From the NCBI GenBank assembly GCA_046045965.1, contig JBJOKS010000006.1, positions 112,998 through 176,997 of the forward strand: DNA of 64,000 nucleotides. Direction: 5' to 3'. Position 1 is the stretch's first letter; every line of letters starts with the position of its first letter. The DNA is from Cyanobacteriota bacterium (GTDB taxonomy: Bacteria; Cyanobacteriota; Cyanobacteriia; Cyanobacteriales; Nostocaceae). The translations under genes were made by a program, and so were the position numbers. Below the pieces are notes generated by a model. That model saw only the letters and a list, made by a program, of their open reading frames with translations. It had not been told where the DNA came from and ran no database searches. Shown one piece after another: positions 39,609 through 50,712 of this stretch.

Positions 39609-42600
39609 ATGACAAATGAAGAATTACTAAAAATAATTCAAGAAGCTGCTAATAATAAAGTTGAAAGATTGAATCTTTCTTACCAAAAATTAGATTTTTT
39701 ACCAGCAGAAATTGGACAACTTGTTAACTTGACAGAGCTTGATATTAGTGGCAACCAACTGAGCAGTTTACCAGCAGAAATTGGACAACTTGTTAACTTG
39801 ACAGAGCTTGATATTAGTGGTAATAAATTGAGCAGATTGCCATCAGAAATTGGAAAACTTCACAAACTAATAAAGCTAAACATTAGCGGAGATATATTTT
39901 TTAGTAACAACATATTAAAAAGTTTACCAGCAGAAATTGGACAACTTGTTAACTTGACAGAGCTTGATATTAGTGGTAATAAATTGAGCAGCTTACCAGT
40001 AGAAATTGGAAAACTTGTTAACTTAACTGAGCTTAATCTCAGTGGCAACCAATTAAAAAGCTTGCCATCAGAAATTGGACAACTTCACAAATTGAACAGA
40101 CTTAACCTTGGTGGATATGGATTTTTAATTGGCAACCAATTACAACGTTTACCAGCAGAAATTGGACAACTTGCTAACTTAACTGAGCTTGATATTAGTG
40201 GTAATAAATTGAGTAATTTACCATCAGAAATTATTCAACTTTCTCATTTGACTATACTTAATCTTAGTGATAATCAATTAAGCAGTTTACCACTAGAAAT
40301 CATTCAACTTTCTGAGTTAAATTGTCTTAGTCTAAGTCATAACCAATTTAGCAGTTTGCCAGCAGAGATTGGACAACTTACTAACCTAAGTGAGCTTGAT
40401 ATTAGTAACAATCAATTAACCAGTTTGCCAGCAGAGATTGGACAACTTACTAACCTAAGCGAGCTTGATATTAGTAACAATCAATTAACCAGTTTGCCAG
40501 CAGAGATTGGACAACTTACTAACCTAAGCGAGCTTGATATTAGTAACAATCAATTAACCAGTCTGCCAGCAGAGATTGGACAACTTACTAACTTGACTAG
40601 GCTTAACCTTAGTGGATATGATGTATTAGAAAGCAATGCAGTAGCTAGTTTACCATCAGAAATTATACAACTGGCTAACTTAATTGAGCTTAATATGAGT
40701 GGTAATAAATTAATTAATTTACCACCGGAAATTATAAAAATGTCTAGTTTGACTAGACTGAATATTAGTGACAACAGACTGAACAGCTTACCAGCAGAAA
40801 TCGGACAACTTACAAACTTAATGGAGCTTGATATTAGTGCTAATCAACTGACTAGATTACCAGCAGAAATTGGAAAAATATATAAATTAAAATCTTTGTT
40901 AATAAGTAATAATCAAATAGTTGATTTACCTCCAGAATTAGGAAATATAAAATTGTCACGGCTGAATTATGGTGGTAATCCGTTAGTATCGGTGCCACCA
41001 GAAATTCGCAAAAAAGGTCATAGAGCTATTATCAATTTTTACAAGCAACAGCAAGAACAGGAAACTGATAAAATTTATGAAGCTAAATTACTGATTATAG
41101 GTGAAGGTGGTGCTGGTAAAACTACATTATCTAGTAAAATACAGAACGAAAATTATCAATTACAAGATGAAGATTCTACAGAAGGTATTGATGTTATTCA
41201 ATGGAAATTTAAAATTGATAATGAAAAGGAATTTAAAGTTAATATTTGGGATTTTGGTGGACAAGAAATTTATCATACTACACATCAATTTTTTCTGACT
41301 AAACGCTCTCTTTATATCCTAGTTGCTGATACTCGCAAAGAAGATACAGATTTCTATTATTGGCTGAATGTTGTAGAACTATTAAGTGATAATAGTCCTT
41401 TGCTAGTTGTCAAGAATGAAAAACAAGAGCGTAAACGAGAAATTAATGAAAAACAGTTAAGAGGTGAATTTACAAATCTTAAAGAAACTTTAGCCACGAA
41501 TCTAGCGAATAATCGAGGTTTAACAGAAATTATCACACATATTAAACACCACATTCAAAACTTACCCCATGTAGGAACGGAACTACCAAGAAATTGGATT
41601 AAAGTGCGAGAGGCTTTAGAAGAAGATCCGCGTGACTATATCAGTTTGGAAGAATACTTTAAAATTTGTCAAGATAATGGCTTTACCACACAAGAAGATA
41701 AACTATTTCTCAGTAGTTATCTGCATGATTTAGGTGTCTGCTTGCACTTCCAAGAAGATGAGCTATTAAGAAAAACAGTTATTCTTAAACCTACCTGGGG
41801 TACAGATGCAGTTTATAAAGTATTAGATAACTCAGAAGTTACTGAAAATCTAGGTCAATTTAGTGGTGAGGATTTAGTTCACATTTGGCAAGAAGAGAAA
41901 TATGCCAATATGCGGCCAGAACTTTTACGGTTGATGATGAACTTTAAATTATGTTACGAAATCCCTAGTTGTCGTGGTAAATATATTGCGCCACAATTAC
42001 TAAGTCCTAATCAACCAGAATATGACTGGGATGAAAGTGATAATTTACTATTACGTTATGAATATGAATTCATGCCTAAAGGTATGCTTACTCGTTTTAT
42101 TGTGGAGATGCACCCTTGGATAGAAGGACAAAATTGTGTTTGGAAAACAGGTGTTGTTTTAAATAAAGATCAAGCTAAAGCTGAGGTGGTTGAATATTAT
42201 AGATATCATAAAGGAGAAATGAGGATTCGAGTTGCCGGCAAACGCAAGCGAGATTTGCTAGTCACTGTAATGTATGAACTCGAAAAAATTCATTCATCTT
42301 ATGAACGTCTGAAAGATAAAATTAAAACTCTTGTACCTTGTAATTGTAGCAGTTGCAAAGGTAATCAGTCACCACATTTTTACCCATTAAAGATACTTTA
42401 TAAATTTTTGGATGACCACAGAGATATCCAATGTCAAAATAGTTACGAGATGGTTAATGTGCATGGTTTAATTGATGATGTCAATATAAAGCAAAGCCAT
42501 TTTAGACTATCTGATGTTATAACTGAAGATGAACCTAAAGTTTATACTCTTATGCCTGATAGCAAGTACAGTATTCAAGCAGAAATAGTTCAGATTACTG

Positions 42601-42947
42601 AGCAAAATCATGGTGAAGTCATCGGTAAAAAATATGCCAATGATCCTCAGTTCAAAGAAGCATTGGCTGAAATTATTCAAATACTCAATAACCTAAAATC
42701 ACAGAATCCAAATGCTACTGAAGCACAAGCTGAAGATATCATCGAAGCAGAATTTATAGCAATTCAAACTAATCAGCCCAATAAATTGCAGTTGTTAAGA
42801 AGACAGCTATTGAACCATGAACGCTGGTTCAATGGTGGTAAATCAGCTTTAAGTGAAGTAGCAAAACATTATGTAGATAGCAATGTTTTTTATAAAGCAG
42901 GATTAGCTTTCCTGGACGGTTTTAGTGCTGATGAGGAGGATATATAA
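39609..42947 (+). CDS. LRR-Roc-COR (ROCO family) GTPase
   Basis: About 19 LRRs (LPAEIGQLxNLxELDISxNxL), P-loop GEGGAGKTT, WDFGGQE, COR-like region, CxCxxC motif. Confidence 0.92.
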   Translation: MTNEELLKIIQEAANNKVERLNLSYQKLDFLPAEIGQLVNLTELDISGNQLSSLPAEIGQLVNLTELDISGNKLSRLPSEIGKLHKLIKLNISGDIFFSNNILKSLPAEIGQLVNLTELDISGNKLSSLPVEIGKLVNLTELNLSGNQLKSLPSEIGQLHKLNRLNLGGYGFLIGNQLQRLPAEIGQLANLTELDISGNKLSNLPSEIIQLSHLTILNLSDNQLSSLPLEIIQLSELNCLSLSHNQFSSLPAEIGQLTNLSELDISNNQLTSLPAEIGQLTNLSELDISNNQLTSLPAEIGQLTNLSELDISNNQLTSLPAEIGQLTNLTRLNLSGYDVLESNAVASLPSEIIQLANLIELNMSGNKLINLPPEIIKMSSLTRLNISDNRLNSLPAEIGQLTNLMELDISANQLTRLPAEIGKIYKLKSLLISNNQIVDLPPELGNIKLSRLNYGGNPLVSVPPEIRKKGHRAIINFYKQQQEQETDKIYEAKLLIIGEGGAGKTTLSSKIQNENYQLQDEDSTEGIDVIQWKFKIDNEKEFKVNIWDFGGQEIYHTTHQFFLTKRSLYILVADTRKEDTDFYYWLNVVELLSDNSPLLVVKNEKQERKREINEKQLRGEFTNLKETLATNLANNRGLTEIITHIKHHIQNLPHVGTELPRNWIKVREALEEDPRDYISLEEYFKICQDNGFTTQEDKLFLSSYLHDLGVCLHFQEDELLRKTVILKPTWGTDAVYKVLDNSEVTENLGQFSGEDLVHIWQEEKYANMRPELLRLMMNFKLCYEIPSCRGKYIAPQLLSPNQPEYDWDESDNLLLRYEYEFMPKGMLTRFIVEMHPWIEGQNCVWKTGVVLNKDQAKAEVVEYYRYHKGEMRIRVAGKRKRDLLVTVMYELEKIHSSYERLKDKIKTLVPCNCSSCKGNQSPHFYPLKILYKFLDDHRDIQCQNSYEMVNVHGLIDDVNIKQSHFRLSDVITEDEPKVYTLMPDSKYSIQAEIVQITEQNHGEVIGKKYANDPQFKEALAEIIQILNNLKSQNPNATEAQAEDIIEAEFIAIQTNQPNKLQLLRRQLLNHERWFNGGKSALSEVAKHYVDSNVFYKAGLAFLDGFSADEEDI
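40352..40592 (+). repeat. 69-bp tandem repeat, ~3.5 nearly identical copies encoding LRRs
   Basis: Unit starts at 40352, 40421, 40490 and 40559; copies differ at about one base. Confidence 0.9.
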
Positions 42948-43235
42948 AAGAAATATAAAAATATAATTGAAATATAAATTATCGGCTGGGTGCGTTTGCC
43001 CCAGCATATTTTTTAATATTAATAACCCACATTCCGCAGAAGCGTAGAGTAAAAAAATAATTATCCCCAAAAGACATTATTGGTAAGGGTTTTCAGGCTT
43101 TTAGTTCAAATGAACCACAAAAACGCTATTGTGAATTTATCTCATTTATTGAGAACGTTTTTGGAAAAAAGTTTGTACAACCCTGAATCCTTCGTGATAA
43201 TTATTCAGACGTGGATTTTATCTGCGGAATGTGGG

Positions 43236-43679
43236 TTAATAAATGCGTTCATGTGCAAAAAAACTTCCATCAACATGAAACAAATTACCTAACATCTCAG
43301 CTTGTTCTTGTGTTACTTCCACCTCACCATTAATTACTTTAGCAACTAACTCACTCGAACCAAAAATAGGAACTAAATCACCTAATTCTAAATCCTGCGC
43401 TTCCAATAAATGCAAAATTCTGGAACGAGGAGTAGAAACATTTATCTGATAATGCTGATTTTCAAAATCTTCAATTAGTCTTACCAATAATTCTAAAAGT
43501 GTCTTTTCTTCTGGTGTCAAATCAGAGCGAGAAAGTAAATCTTCCACCACTGCTAAAAAATTTTCGTTTTCTTCCTCAGTTTTAATAACTCGCGGTTGAT
43601 ACTGAGAAAGTAATTTACTGTAAACCTCTGAATCAAAAGTGAGGGTCATTTTTCCAGTAGTTTTTGTCATATTCTGCAT
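43236..43679 (-). CDS. higA: HigA-type HTH antitoxin
   Basis: PRVIKTEEENE, LLVRLIEDFE, C-terminal HTH; overlaps the end of the toxin gene. Confidence 0.82.
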   Translation of the reverse strand: MQNMTKTTGKMTLTFDSEVYSKLLSQYQPRVIKTEEENENFLAVVEDLLSRSDLTPEEKTLLELLVRLIEDFENQHYQINVSTPRSRILHLLEAQDLELGDLVPIFGSSELVAKVINGEVEVTQEQAEMLGNLFHVDGSFFAHERIY

Positions 43680-43932
43680 GAGTTAAGACATATTTAATAT
43701 AGATGACCTGGCTCTCATAGTTAATACTAGCAATTAAACGGTATTTATTGCCTTTAATATTGAAAACTGTAAAATTACCAACAGCTTCAGCTTTGGGATA
43801 AACAGACTGTACCTCTATTAAATTAGCCCACTCAGCTTTACTAGCAGTAAAATACCAGTCATCAAGAGCTTCACAACTATCTGCGTGTTGTTGACAATAT
43901 TTTCTGAGCTTTTTCCGACTGATGACGTGCAT
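43633..43932 (-). CDS. higB: HigB-type mRNA interferase toxin
   Basis: MHVISRKKL, VFNIKGNKYRLI, VLTHAEYDK; start set at ATG 43932. Confidence 0.88.
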   Translation of the reverse strand: MHVISRKKLRKYCQQHADSCEALDDWYFTASKAEWANLIEVQSVYPKAEAVGNFTVFNIKGNKYRLIASINYESQVIYIKYVLTHAEYDKNYWKNDPHF

Positions 43933-44078
43933 TAAACTTGTGATTTTAACTTGTACAGCCAATAGTTTTATAGATTCGTTTCAATAATAGCATGGTCTTA
44001 AAATTAGATGCAGTGCGATCGCCTATAGTCAACAAGCGGTAAAATTAACAATCCAACCCCAAATTGCATCTATAACCC

Positions 44079-45590
44079 ATGTATTGCGACTACCTGGTAC
44101 AAATCCTTACCGCCCGCGTTTACGATGTAGCCCAGGAAACACCACTGGAATATGCTCCCAACCTCTCCCACCGCATCAACAACAAACTCCTACTCAAGCG
44201 GGAAGATATGCAGTCTGTCTTCTCCTTTAAACTGCGGGGTGCATATAACAAAATGGCTAACCTGCCCCCAGATTTACTGAAACAAGGTGTAATTGCTGCA
44301 TCCGCCGGAAACCATGCCCAAGGTGTGGCTTTAGCTGCTAGTCGCTTGGGAACGAGAGCTATTATTGTTATGCCCGTCACCACTCCCTTGGTAAAAATTA
44401 ACGCCGTGAAAGCACGGGGGGGAGAAGTGGTTTTATATGGAAATACCTATGATGACGCTTACGCCCACGCCCGTCAATTAGAAGCAGAAAAAGGGTTAAC
44501 ATTTATACATCCCTTTGATGATCCTGATGTCATCGCTGGCCAGGGTACTATCGGCATGGAAATTTTACGCCAATATCAACAACCTATCCATGCCATATTT
44601 GTCGCTATCGGTGGCGGTGGTTTAATTGCTGGTATTGCTGCTTACGTCAAACGGTTGCGTCCCGAAATCAAAATTATCGGTGTCGAACCGGTAGACGCTG
44701 ATGCAATGTCTCAATCTCTCAAAGCCGGTCATCGTGTACGCTTGTCTCAGGTGGGTTTGTTTGCGGATGGGGTAGCGGTGCGGGAAGTGGGAGAAGAAAC
44801 TTTCCGCTTGTGTCAGCAATATGTGGATGAAATTATTTTGGTAGATACCGATGCTACCTGTGCAGCGATAAAAGATGTGTTTGAAGATACCCGTTCTATT
44901 TTAGAACCTGCTGGTGCTTTGGCTGTGGCTGCTGCTAAAGCCTATGCAGAAAGAGAACAAATTCAAGGAGAAACCCTGGTTGCTGTAGCTTGCGGTGCTA
45001 ACATGAACTTTGACCGCTTGCGGTTTGTGGCAGAAAGAGCAGAATTTGGGGAACGTCGAGAAGCCATTTTTGCGGTGAATATTCCTGAAAAACCGGGAAG
45101 TCTGCGTCAATTTTGTGAATGTTTAGGCGACAGAAACCTGACAGAATTTAATTATCGCATTGCAGATAATAAAGAAGCTCATATTTTTGTCGGTGTACAA
45201 ATTGAAAATCGCGCCGATGCAGCAAAAATTGTGGAAAAGTTTGAAGCTAATGGTTTAAAAACTATTGATTTAACTGATGATGAATTAACAAAATTACATT
45301 TACGGCACATGGTAGGTGGACATTCTCAACTTGCTGATCATGAATTATTATATCGGTTTGAATTTCCTGAACGTCCTGGTGCGTTGATGAAATTTGTAGG
45401 TTGTATGTCTCCTAATTGGAATATTAGTTTATTTCATTATCGCAATAATGGTGCAGATTATGGGCGAATTGTTGTAGGAATGCAAGTTCCTCCTAATGAG
45501 ATGAATGAATGGCAAGAGTTTCTTGATTCTTTGGGTTATCGTTATTGGGATGAAAGTCAAAATCCTGCTTATCAGTTGTTTTTGGGTTAG
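44079..45590 (+). CDS. ilvA: Threonine ammonia-lyase, biosynthetic
   Basis: SFKLRGAYN PLP lysine, SAGNHAQG, two C-terminal ACT-like domains. Confidence 0.97.
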   Translation: MYCDYLVQILTARVYDVAQETPLEYAPNLSHRINNKLLLKREDMQSVFSFKLRGAYNKMANLPPDLLKQGVIAASAGNHAQGVALAASRLGTRAIIVMPVTTPLVKINAVKARGGEVVLYGNTYDDAYAHARQLEAEKGLTFIHPFDDPDVIAGQGTIGMEILRQYQQPIHAIFVAIGGGGLIAGIAAYVKRLRPEIKIIGVEPVDADAMSQSLKAGHRVRLSQVGLFADGVAVREVGEETFRLCQQYVDEIILVDTDATCAAIKDVFEDTRSILEPAGALAVAAAKAYAEREQIQGETLVAVACGANMNFDRLRFVAERAEFGERREAIFAVNIPEKPGSLRQFCECLGDRNLTEFNYRIADNKEAHIFVGVQIENRADAAKIVEKFEANGLKTIDLTDDELTKLHLRHMVGGHSQLADHELLYRFEFPERPGALMKFVGCMSPNWNISLFHYRNNGADYGRIVVGMQVPPNEMNEWQEFLDSLGYRYWDESQNPAYQLFLG

Positions 45591-45728
45591 TGGTTATAAA
45601 GTTTGATTTTATTTCGCGCAAAGACGCGGAGGAGCAAAGAAGGAAAGGAAGAAAGGAAGGAAAAAAAGATATTTAAGGAGTCGGTTTTAACCGACTTTTG
45701 ATTTTAGACAGGGAATTTATTCCCTGGC

Positions 45729-46133
45729 CTATTTTACGGGTTTATCTTTTACATTCCATATCATTTTTAATCCTAGCCATCCTAACCCACTACCAATAAA
45801 ATAATAGGGAAAATCTGCCCAGTTAAAGACGTTTCCTAATACCATTTTTCCCCACCAAAATGAACGTAAATAATCTAAAAATGGGGGATGCCATAATTGC
45901 AAAAATTCTATTAAACAAGTAATTGCTAATACCCATAACGGTATTTGCCAAACCGTGCGACGGGTGGGAATAAATAAAAATGCCAATAAACACCAAAATA
46001 TTACATAAAAAATACCCCCTACCTCTTGATTTAACCAAGGGACAGAATAACGATATTTACTATATAAAAGCCCAGTAATGAGAACAATGATTAAAAAACT
46101 AAAAGTGAATAACCGAATATTTTTAAATAACAT
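45729..46133 (-). CDS. DUF2809-like membrane protein
   Basis: IEFLQLW..LG..F.W.D..YY.IG pattern, hydrophobic. Confidence 0.75.
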   Translation of the reverse strand: MLFKNIRLFTFSFLIIVLITGLLYSKYRYSVPWLNQEVGGIFYVIFWCLLAFLFIPTRRTVWQIPLWVLAITCLIEFLQLWHPPFLDYLRSFWWGKMVLGNVFNWADFPYYFIGSGLGWLGLKMIWNVKDKPVK

Positions 46134-46378
46134 TTTCTGACAATGAATAATATTTGATAGTAAGCAATACCCATCCTAATTATCTCACAAATCAAATATA
46201 ACTCTTCTCTCTGCGTCCTCTGCGTCTCTGCGGTTCGTTAATAAAAAAGGCTTGGTTTTCTATACCAAACCTTGTTTTACAGAAGTGAAAGACTCTATTG
46301 AATTTAACCACTTATGAACTTGATAATTTATCTATCTTCAGAGTTAACTTATGTTTTTCATCCCCTAAATATCCTCAT

Positions 46379-46621
46379 CTACAAAGCATCTACAAATAAA
46401 CGCAGATCCCAATAATGAGGTGAACCAGGTAATAAAACCCAGGTATTTTTTTCTTCTCCTGGTTGCAGTTGTAAACGGTTACATAGTTCATTTATTTCTT
46501 GCACTGCAATGGAAATATCTGGCGCTCTTACCCATAAAATGATTGTATCATCTGTTTCTTTTTCCCAATCTAGATCATCATGGCGATAATATCTGACAAG
46601 GTTATTTATATCATCAATCAT
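46379..46621 (-). CDS. Hypothetical protein (80 aa)
   Basis: ATG preceded by GAGG; the longer ORF extension is repeat-derived. Confidence 0.45.
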   Translation of the reverse strand: MIDDINNLVRYYRHDDLDWEKETDDTIILWVRAPDISIAVQEINELCNRLQLQPGEEKNTWVLLPGSPHYWDLRLFVDAL

Positions 46622-46719
46622 CCCTACCTCAAATTTAATAAGTGAACGCAGATTAACACAGATGAATACAGATATTTTCAATTATTTATCTGCGTCTATC
46701 TGCGTCTATCTGCGTTAAA

Positions 46720-48261
46720 TTATCCCTGCATCTTATCCACCCAACTTAAACACAACTCCCGGAAATGTTCACCCCTAACTTCAAAATTCGGATATTGATC
46801 AAAACTCGCACACGCAGGAGATAATAACACTACTGACGCTTGATATTTTTTCGCTAATTCTGCGGATCTGGGAATAGCATTATCCATTGTTTCCACAATT
46901 TCATAATTACTATATCCCACTTCTTTCAAACGTTGAGCAAAAGCATTTGCAGCACTACCAATGAGTAAAACAGCAGCAGCTTTATCTTGAATTTTATTTA
47001 ACCAAGCTGTATCATCTCCGGCTTTTGCTTCACCACCAGCAATTAAAATTGCAGGACTTTTTACCGATGCTAAACCAACTTCAGCCGCATCATAATTTGT
47101 GGCTTTGCTATCATTAATAAAGTCAATTCCTGACCATGTACAAATATGTTCTAAGCGATGGGAAACACCAGGAAATTCACTCACAGCGCGACAAATTGCT
47201 GCTATTTCTATTCCTACTAATCTCGCTGCACCAACTGACATGAGGAGATTTTGTTGGTTATGTTCTCCTACCATTCGCAAAGCAGAAACTTCGACAATTT
47301 TCTGAGGTGAGGAATTTGCAGATAATTTTTCTATTACCCAACCATTTTCTATATAAAAGCCTTTTTCACCTATTAAAAATTCTGACCCTTTTACACTTGT
47401 CCAATAAGCATCAGTCCATTGATTTAAACCGACTTTGTTTAAATAAACATCATCACCGTTAAATATTTGCAACTGCGAATTTTTTAACAGTTTGGCTTTA
47501 ATATTGTAGTAGTTTTCTAATGTTTTGTGACGGGCTAAATGATCTGGGGTAAAGGTTGTCCAAATACCAATTCTCGGTGCAAGAGTTACAGAAGATTCTA
47601 TTTGATAACTGCTTAATTCACCTATTACCCAATCTACAGAATTTTGGATTTTAGATTTTGGATTTTGGATTGTTTCTTGTGAATATTTCTTACTTCCTTC
47701 TTCAACCAAACAAGACTCATTTACAATCTCTCTTAAACCCTCTTCCCTTCGTGTCCTTCGTGTTCTTCGTGGTTCGTTTTCTTCAATTTGCTTTTGATTT
47801 AAAGCCACCTCACAAGCAGCATAACCGATGTTACCACAGGCAGGAGCGTTAAAACCAGCAGCTTGAAAAATGGCAGCAGTTAACGCAGTGGTTGTGGTTT
47901 TCCCATTTGTACCGGTGATCGCTACCCAGGGAATATTTTGTAAATGTCTCCATGCGAGTTCCATTTCCCCAATGGTTTCTATTCCTAACTCTCGCGCTTT
48001 TAACAAGATAGGAATGTCCCAAGGTACACCAGGACTAACTACTATTAATTTAGGTAATTTGTTGGCTAAATTTAAACTTTCAAAATCTGGGGTGTGTCCT
48101 AATTTGACGGTAATTTGTTCTTTAGCAAGTTCTTGTTGTTGTTCCAGGAGGTTTGGGGAGGTATTGCGATCGCAAAGTTCCACCTCCCATCCTTCCTGTT
48201 TCAACAATCTTGCCGCAGCAATACCGGACTTTCCCAATCCTATCACAAGAGCTTCTGGCAT
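46720..48261 (-). CDS. murD: UDP-N-acetylmuramoyl-L-alanine:D-glutamate ligase with an in-frame repeat-derived insertion
   Basis: [41 protein letters not shown]. Confidence 0.96.
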   Translation of the reverse strand: MPEALVIGLGKSGIAAARLLKQEGWEVELCDRNTSPNLLEQQQELAKEQITVKLGHTPDFESLNLANKLPKLIVVSPGVPWDIPILLKARELGIETIGEMELAWRHLQNIPWVAITGTNGKTTTTALTAAIFQAAGFNAPACGNIGYAACEVALNQKQIEENEPRRTRRTRREEGLREIVNESCLVEEGSKKYSQETIQNPKSKIQNSVDWVIGELSSYQIESSVTLAPRIGIWTTFTPDHLARHKTLENYYNIKAKLLKNSQLQIFNGDDVYLNKVGLNQWTDAYWTSVKGSEFLIGEKGFYIENGWVIEKLSANSSPQKIVEVSALRMVGEHNQQNLLMSVGAARLVGIEIAAICRAVSEFPGVSHRLEHICTWSGIDFINDSKATNYDAAEVGLASVKSPAILIAGGEAKAGDDTAWLNKIQDKAAAVLLIGSAANAFAQRLKEVGYSNYEIVETMDNAIPRSAELAKKYQASVVLLSPACASFDQYPNFEVRGEHFRELCLSWVDKMQG

Positions 48262-48363
48262 AGACTGTGCAGCATCCCTGGTTAAGCTACCCTATACTAG
48301 CGTTAATTGGCAAAAATTACACCACTTTTTGATGACTTTTGTTACAAATTTTTTACAGATTGT

Positions 48364-50511
48364 TTACAGATTTTTGACAATTGCGCCAAAGTCAGCTAAT
48401 ACACGTCCATGATTTCGCAATAATCCCAGCAAATTTAAACGATTTCGCTTAATATTTGCATCTGGGTCCATGACTAATACGCTATCTTCTCCATCGAAAA
48501 ATTTACTCACGGTGGGAGCAATTTTTTCTAATGCTGCTATTAACAGTTGATAGTTGCGTGTTTGCTGTGCGGTTTGGGTTTGGGGAACTAATTCTACTAG
48601 GGCGTTGTAAAATGCTGATTCCGATGATTTTTGGAATAATTCGGGATTTATTAATGTTTTTGGTTCTAATTGTTGGAAGTCTAAATCACCTTGTGCAGCC
48701 AGTCTAGTAGAACGATTAATGGTTTCATAGATTTTTTCTAATGTACCATCTTTGCGGATTTGTTGTAAATAAATTGCGCGATCGCGTACATCCAATAAAT
48801 CCTGTAATGCGCGTTCTGTGTATTCTTGATCATCCCCTAAAACCGCATTTACCAAATCATAATCTATCTGTTTTTCTTCTTGTAATAAGGTGCGGATACG
48901 TTGCAGGAAAAATTCCCGTAATGTGGATATTAATGATTTTGCATCTTTATTAAATGTAGATGCGAAATTCGTCGCTATCTGTTCTAATAGCTGTTCTAAA
49001 TTTATTTGCAAATTAGCAAACCACGTAATATTAATGATTGCATTTGCAGCCCTTCTCAAAGCAAAGGGATCGGAAGAACCGGAAGGAATTAAACCCAAAC
49101 CAAAGATACTAATTAAAGTATCTAATCTATCAGCTAAACCTACTATTTGCCCTGTGAGGGTTTCGGGTAAAATATCATCAGCATTTCTGGGTAAATAATG
49201 CTCAAAAATTGCCCTGGCTACTTCTTGATCTTCACCACTAGCTAAGGCGTATTTTTCACCCATAATTCCTTGTAATTCAGGAAATTCATACACCATTTGG
49301 GTGACTAAATCAGCTTTACATAATAAAGCTGCACGTTGAATTTTATTACTTTCACTTTCTGCTAATTGCAATTGTTGAGAAATGAGCTTTGCAATATTGA
49401 CAACTCTCTCAACTTTGCCCCTAACTGAACCTAAATCTTCTTGAAATGTAACTGTTTCTAATTGCGGTAAAAAGCTTTCTAAGGGTTTCGCTAAATCAGC
49501 TTCATAGAAAAATCTCCCATCAGCTAAACGCGCCCGAATTACTCTTTCATTTCCTACAGCAATGATATCTGATTTTACAGGATCGCCGTTAGAAACGGTG
49601 ACAAAGTTAGGTAATAATTCCTTATTTTCCGCAGTTTTGAAAACAGGGAAATAACGCTGGTGTGTCACCATAACTGTGGTAGAAACTTCCGTAGGTAATT
49701 TGAGAAATTCATCTTCAAATTTACCAACTACGGCGGTAGGATATTCTACTAAATTGGTGGTTTCTTCTAATAAGTCTGGGTAAATTTCTGTGAAACCGCC
49801 TAATTTTTGCACTGCGGTTTTCACTTGTTCAACAATGATTTTTTCCCGTTCTTCTGGGGAAACAATTACATAACCAGAACGCAGAGTATTTACATATTCT
49901 GTTGCGTGGGGAATATTAACAGGTTCGGGATGTAAAACGCGATGGGTTTGGGAAATGCGATCGCTTTTAACTATCTTCTCACCGTTCTGTAATTCTAAGG
50001 GTAAAACATCCCCATCTAATAAAGCAACTAACCAGCGAATAGGACGGGAAAACCTACCGTCACCGCTTCCCCACCGCATTAACCGCTTTCCTTCCAAGTT
50101 CCAAACCCACTGGGGTACAAGTTCGGTTAAAATTTCTGCTACTGGTCGTCCTGGTGTCTTTTTATTAACAAAAACGAAATCACCTTTATCCGTAGAACGC
50201 ACTTCTAAAGCTGACAGTTCCACACCTTGTTTTTTAGCGAAACCTTCTGCTGCTTTGGTAGGTTGACCATCTTTAAATGCTGCTTGTGCAGGTGGTCCTT
50301 TAATTTCTTCTTCTTTATCTGGTTGTTGAGATGGTAAACCGGTAATGAGAACTGCTAACCGTCGGGGAGTTCCAAAAACCTCCACCGTTTCCGCTTTTAA
50401 ACTGTTCGCTTCTAGAGTTTGAGGAATACGCGATCGCCATTGTAATATGGCATTACTCAGAAAGCTTGCGGGTAGTTCTTCTGTACCAACTTCTAATAAA
50501 AACGCAGTCAT
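48364..50511 (-). CDS. glyS: Glycine-tRNA ligase beta subunit
   Basis: [39 protein letters not shown]. Confidence 0.97.
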   Translation of the reverse strand: MTAFLLEVGTEELPASFLSNAILQWRSRIPQTLEANSLKAETVEVFGTPRRLAVLITGLPSQQPDKEEEIKGPPAQAAFKDGQPTKAAEGFAKKQGVELSALEVRSTDKGDFVFVNKKTPGRPVAEILTELVPQWVWNLEGKRLMRWGSGDGRFSRPIRWLVALLDGDVLPLELQNGEKIVKSDRISQTHRVLHPEPVNIPHATEYVNTLRSGYVIVSPEEREKIIVEQVKTAVQKLGGFTEIYPDLLEETTNLVEYPTAVVGKFEDEFLKLPTEVSTTVMVTHQRYFPVFKTAENKELLPNFVTVSNGDPVKSDIIAVGNERVIRARLADGRFFYEADLAKPLESFLPQLETVTFQEDLGSVRGKVERVVNIAKLISQQLQLAESESNKIQRAALLCKADLVTQMVYEFPELQGIMGEKYALASGEDQEVARAIFEHYLPRNADDILPETLTGQIVGLADRLDTLISIFGLGLIPSGSSDPFALRRAANAIINITWFANLQINLEQLLEQIATNFASTFNKDAKSLISTLREFFLQRIRTLLQEEKQIDYDLVNAVLGDDQEYTERALQDLLDVRDRAIYLQQIRKDGTLEKIYETINRSTRLAAQGDLDFQQLEPKTLINPELFQKSSESAFYNALVELVPQTQTAQQTRNYQLLIAALEKIAPTVSKFFDGEDSVLVMDPDANIKRNRLNLLGLLRNHGRVLADFGAIVKNL

Positions 50512-50712
50512 AAGGTCACTAATGTTGATCAGTCAATTCCATCAGTTTACCTTGTGATCAGGCTCAGAGATGCGATGGATTACAGATTTGACGAAATTTT
50601 TGGACTATCAAAGTCTACATTTGATCTCATGAAGAGTAATTCGTAACTATATCAGAGATTATGTACCCATGAAAAATTAGTTTACAATTGTACTAAGAAG
50701 GTGACTGTGGAA

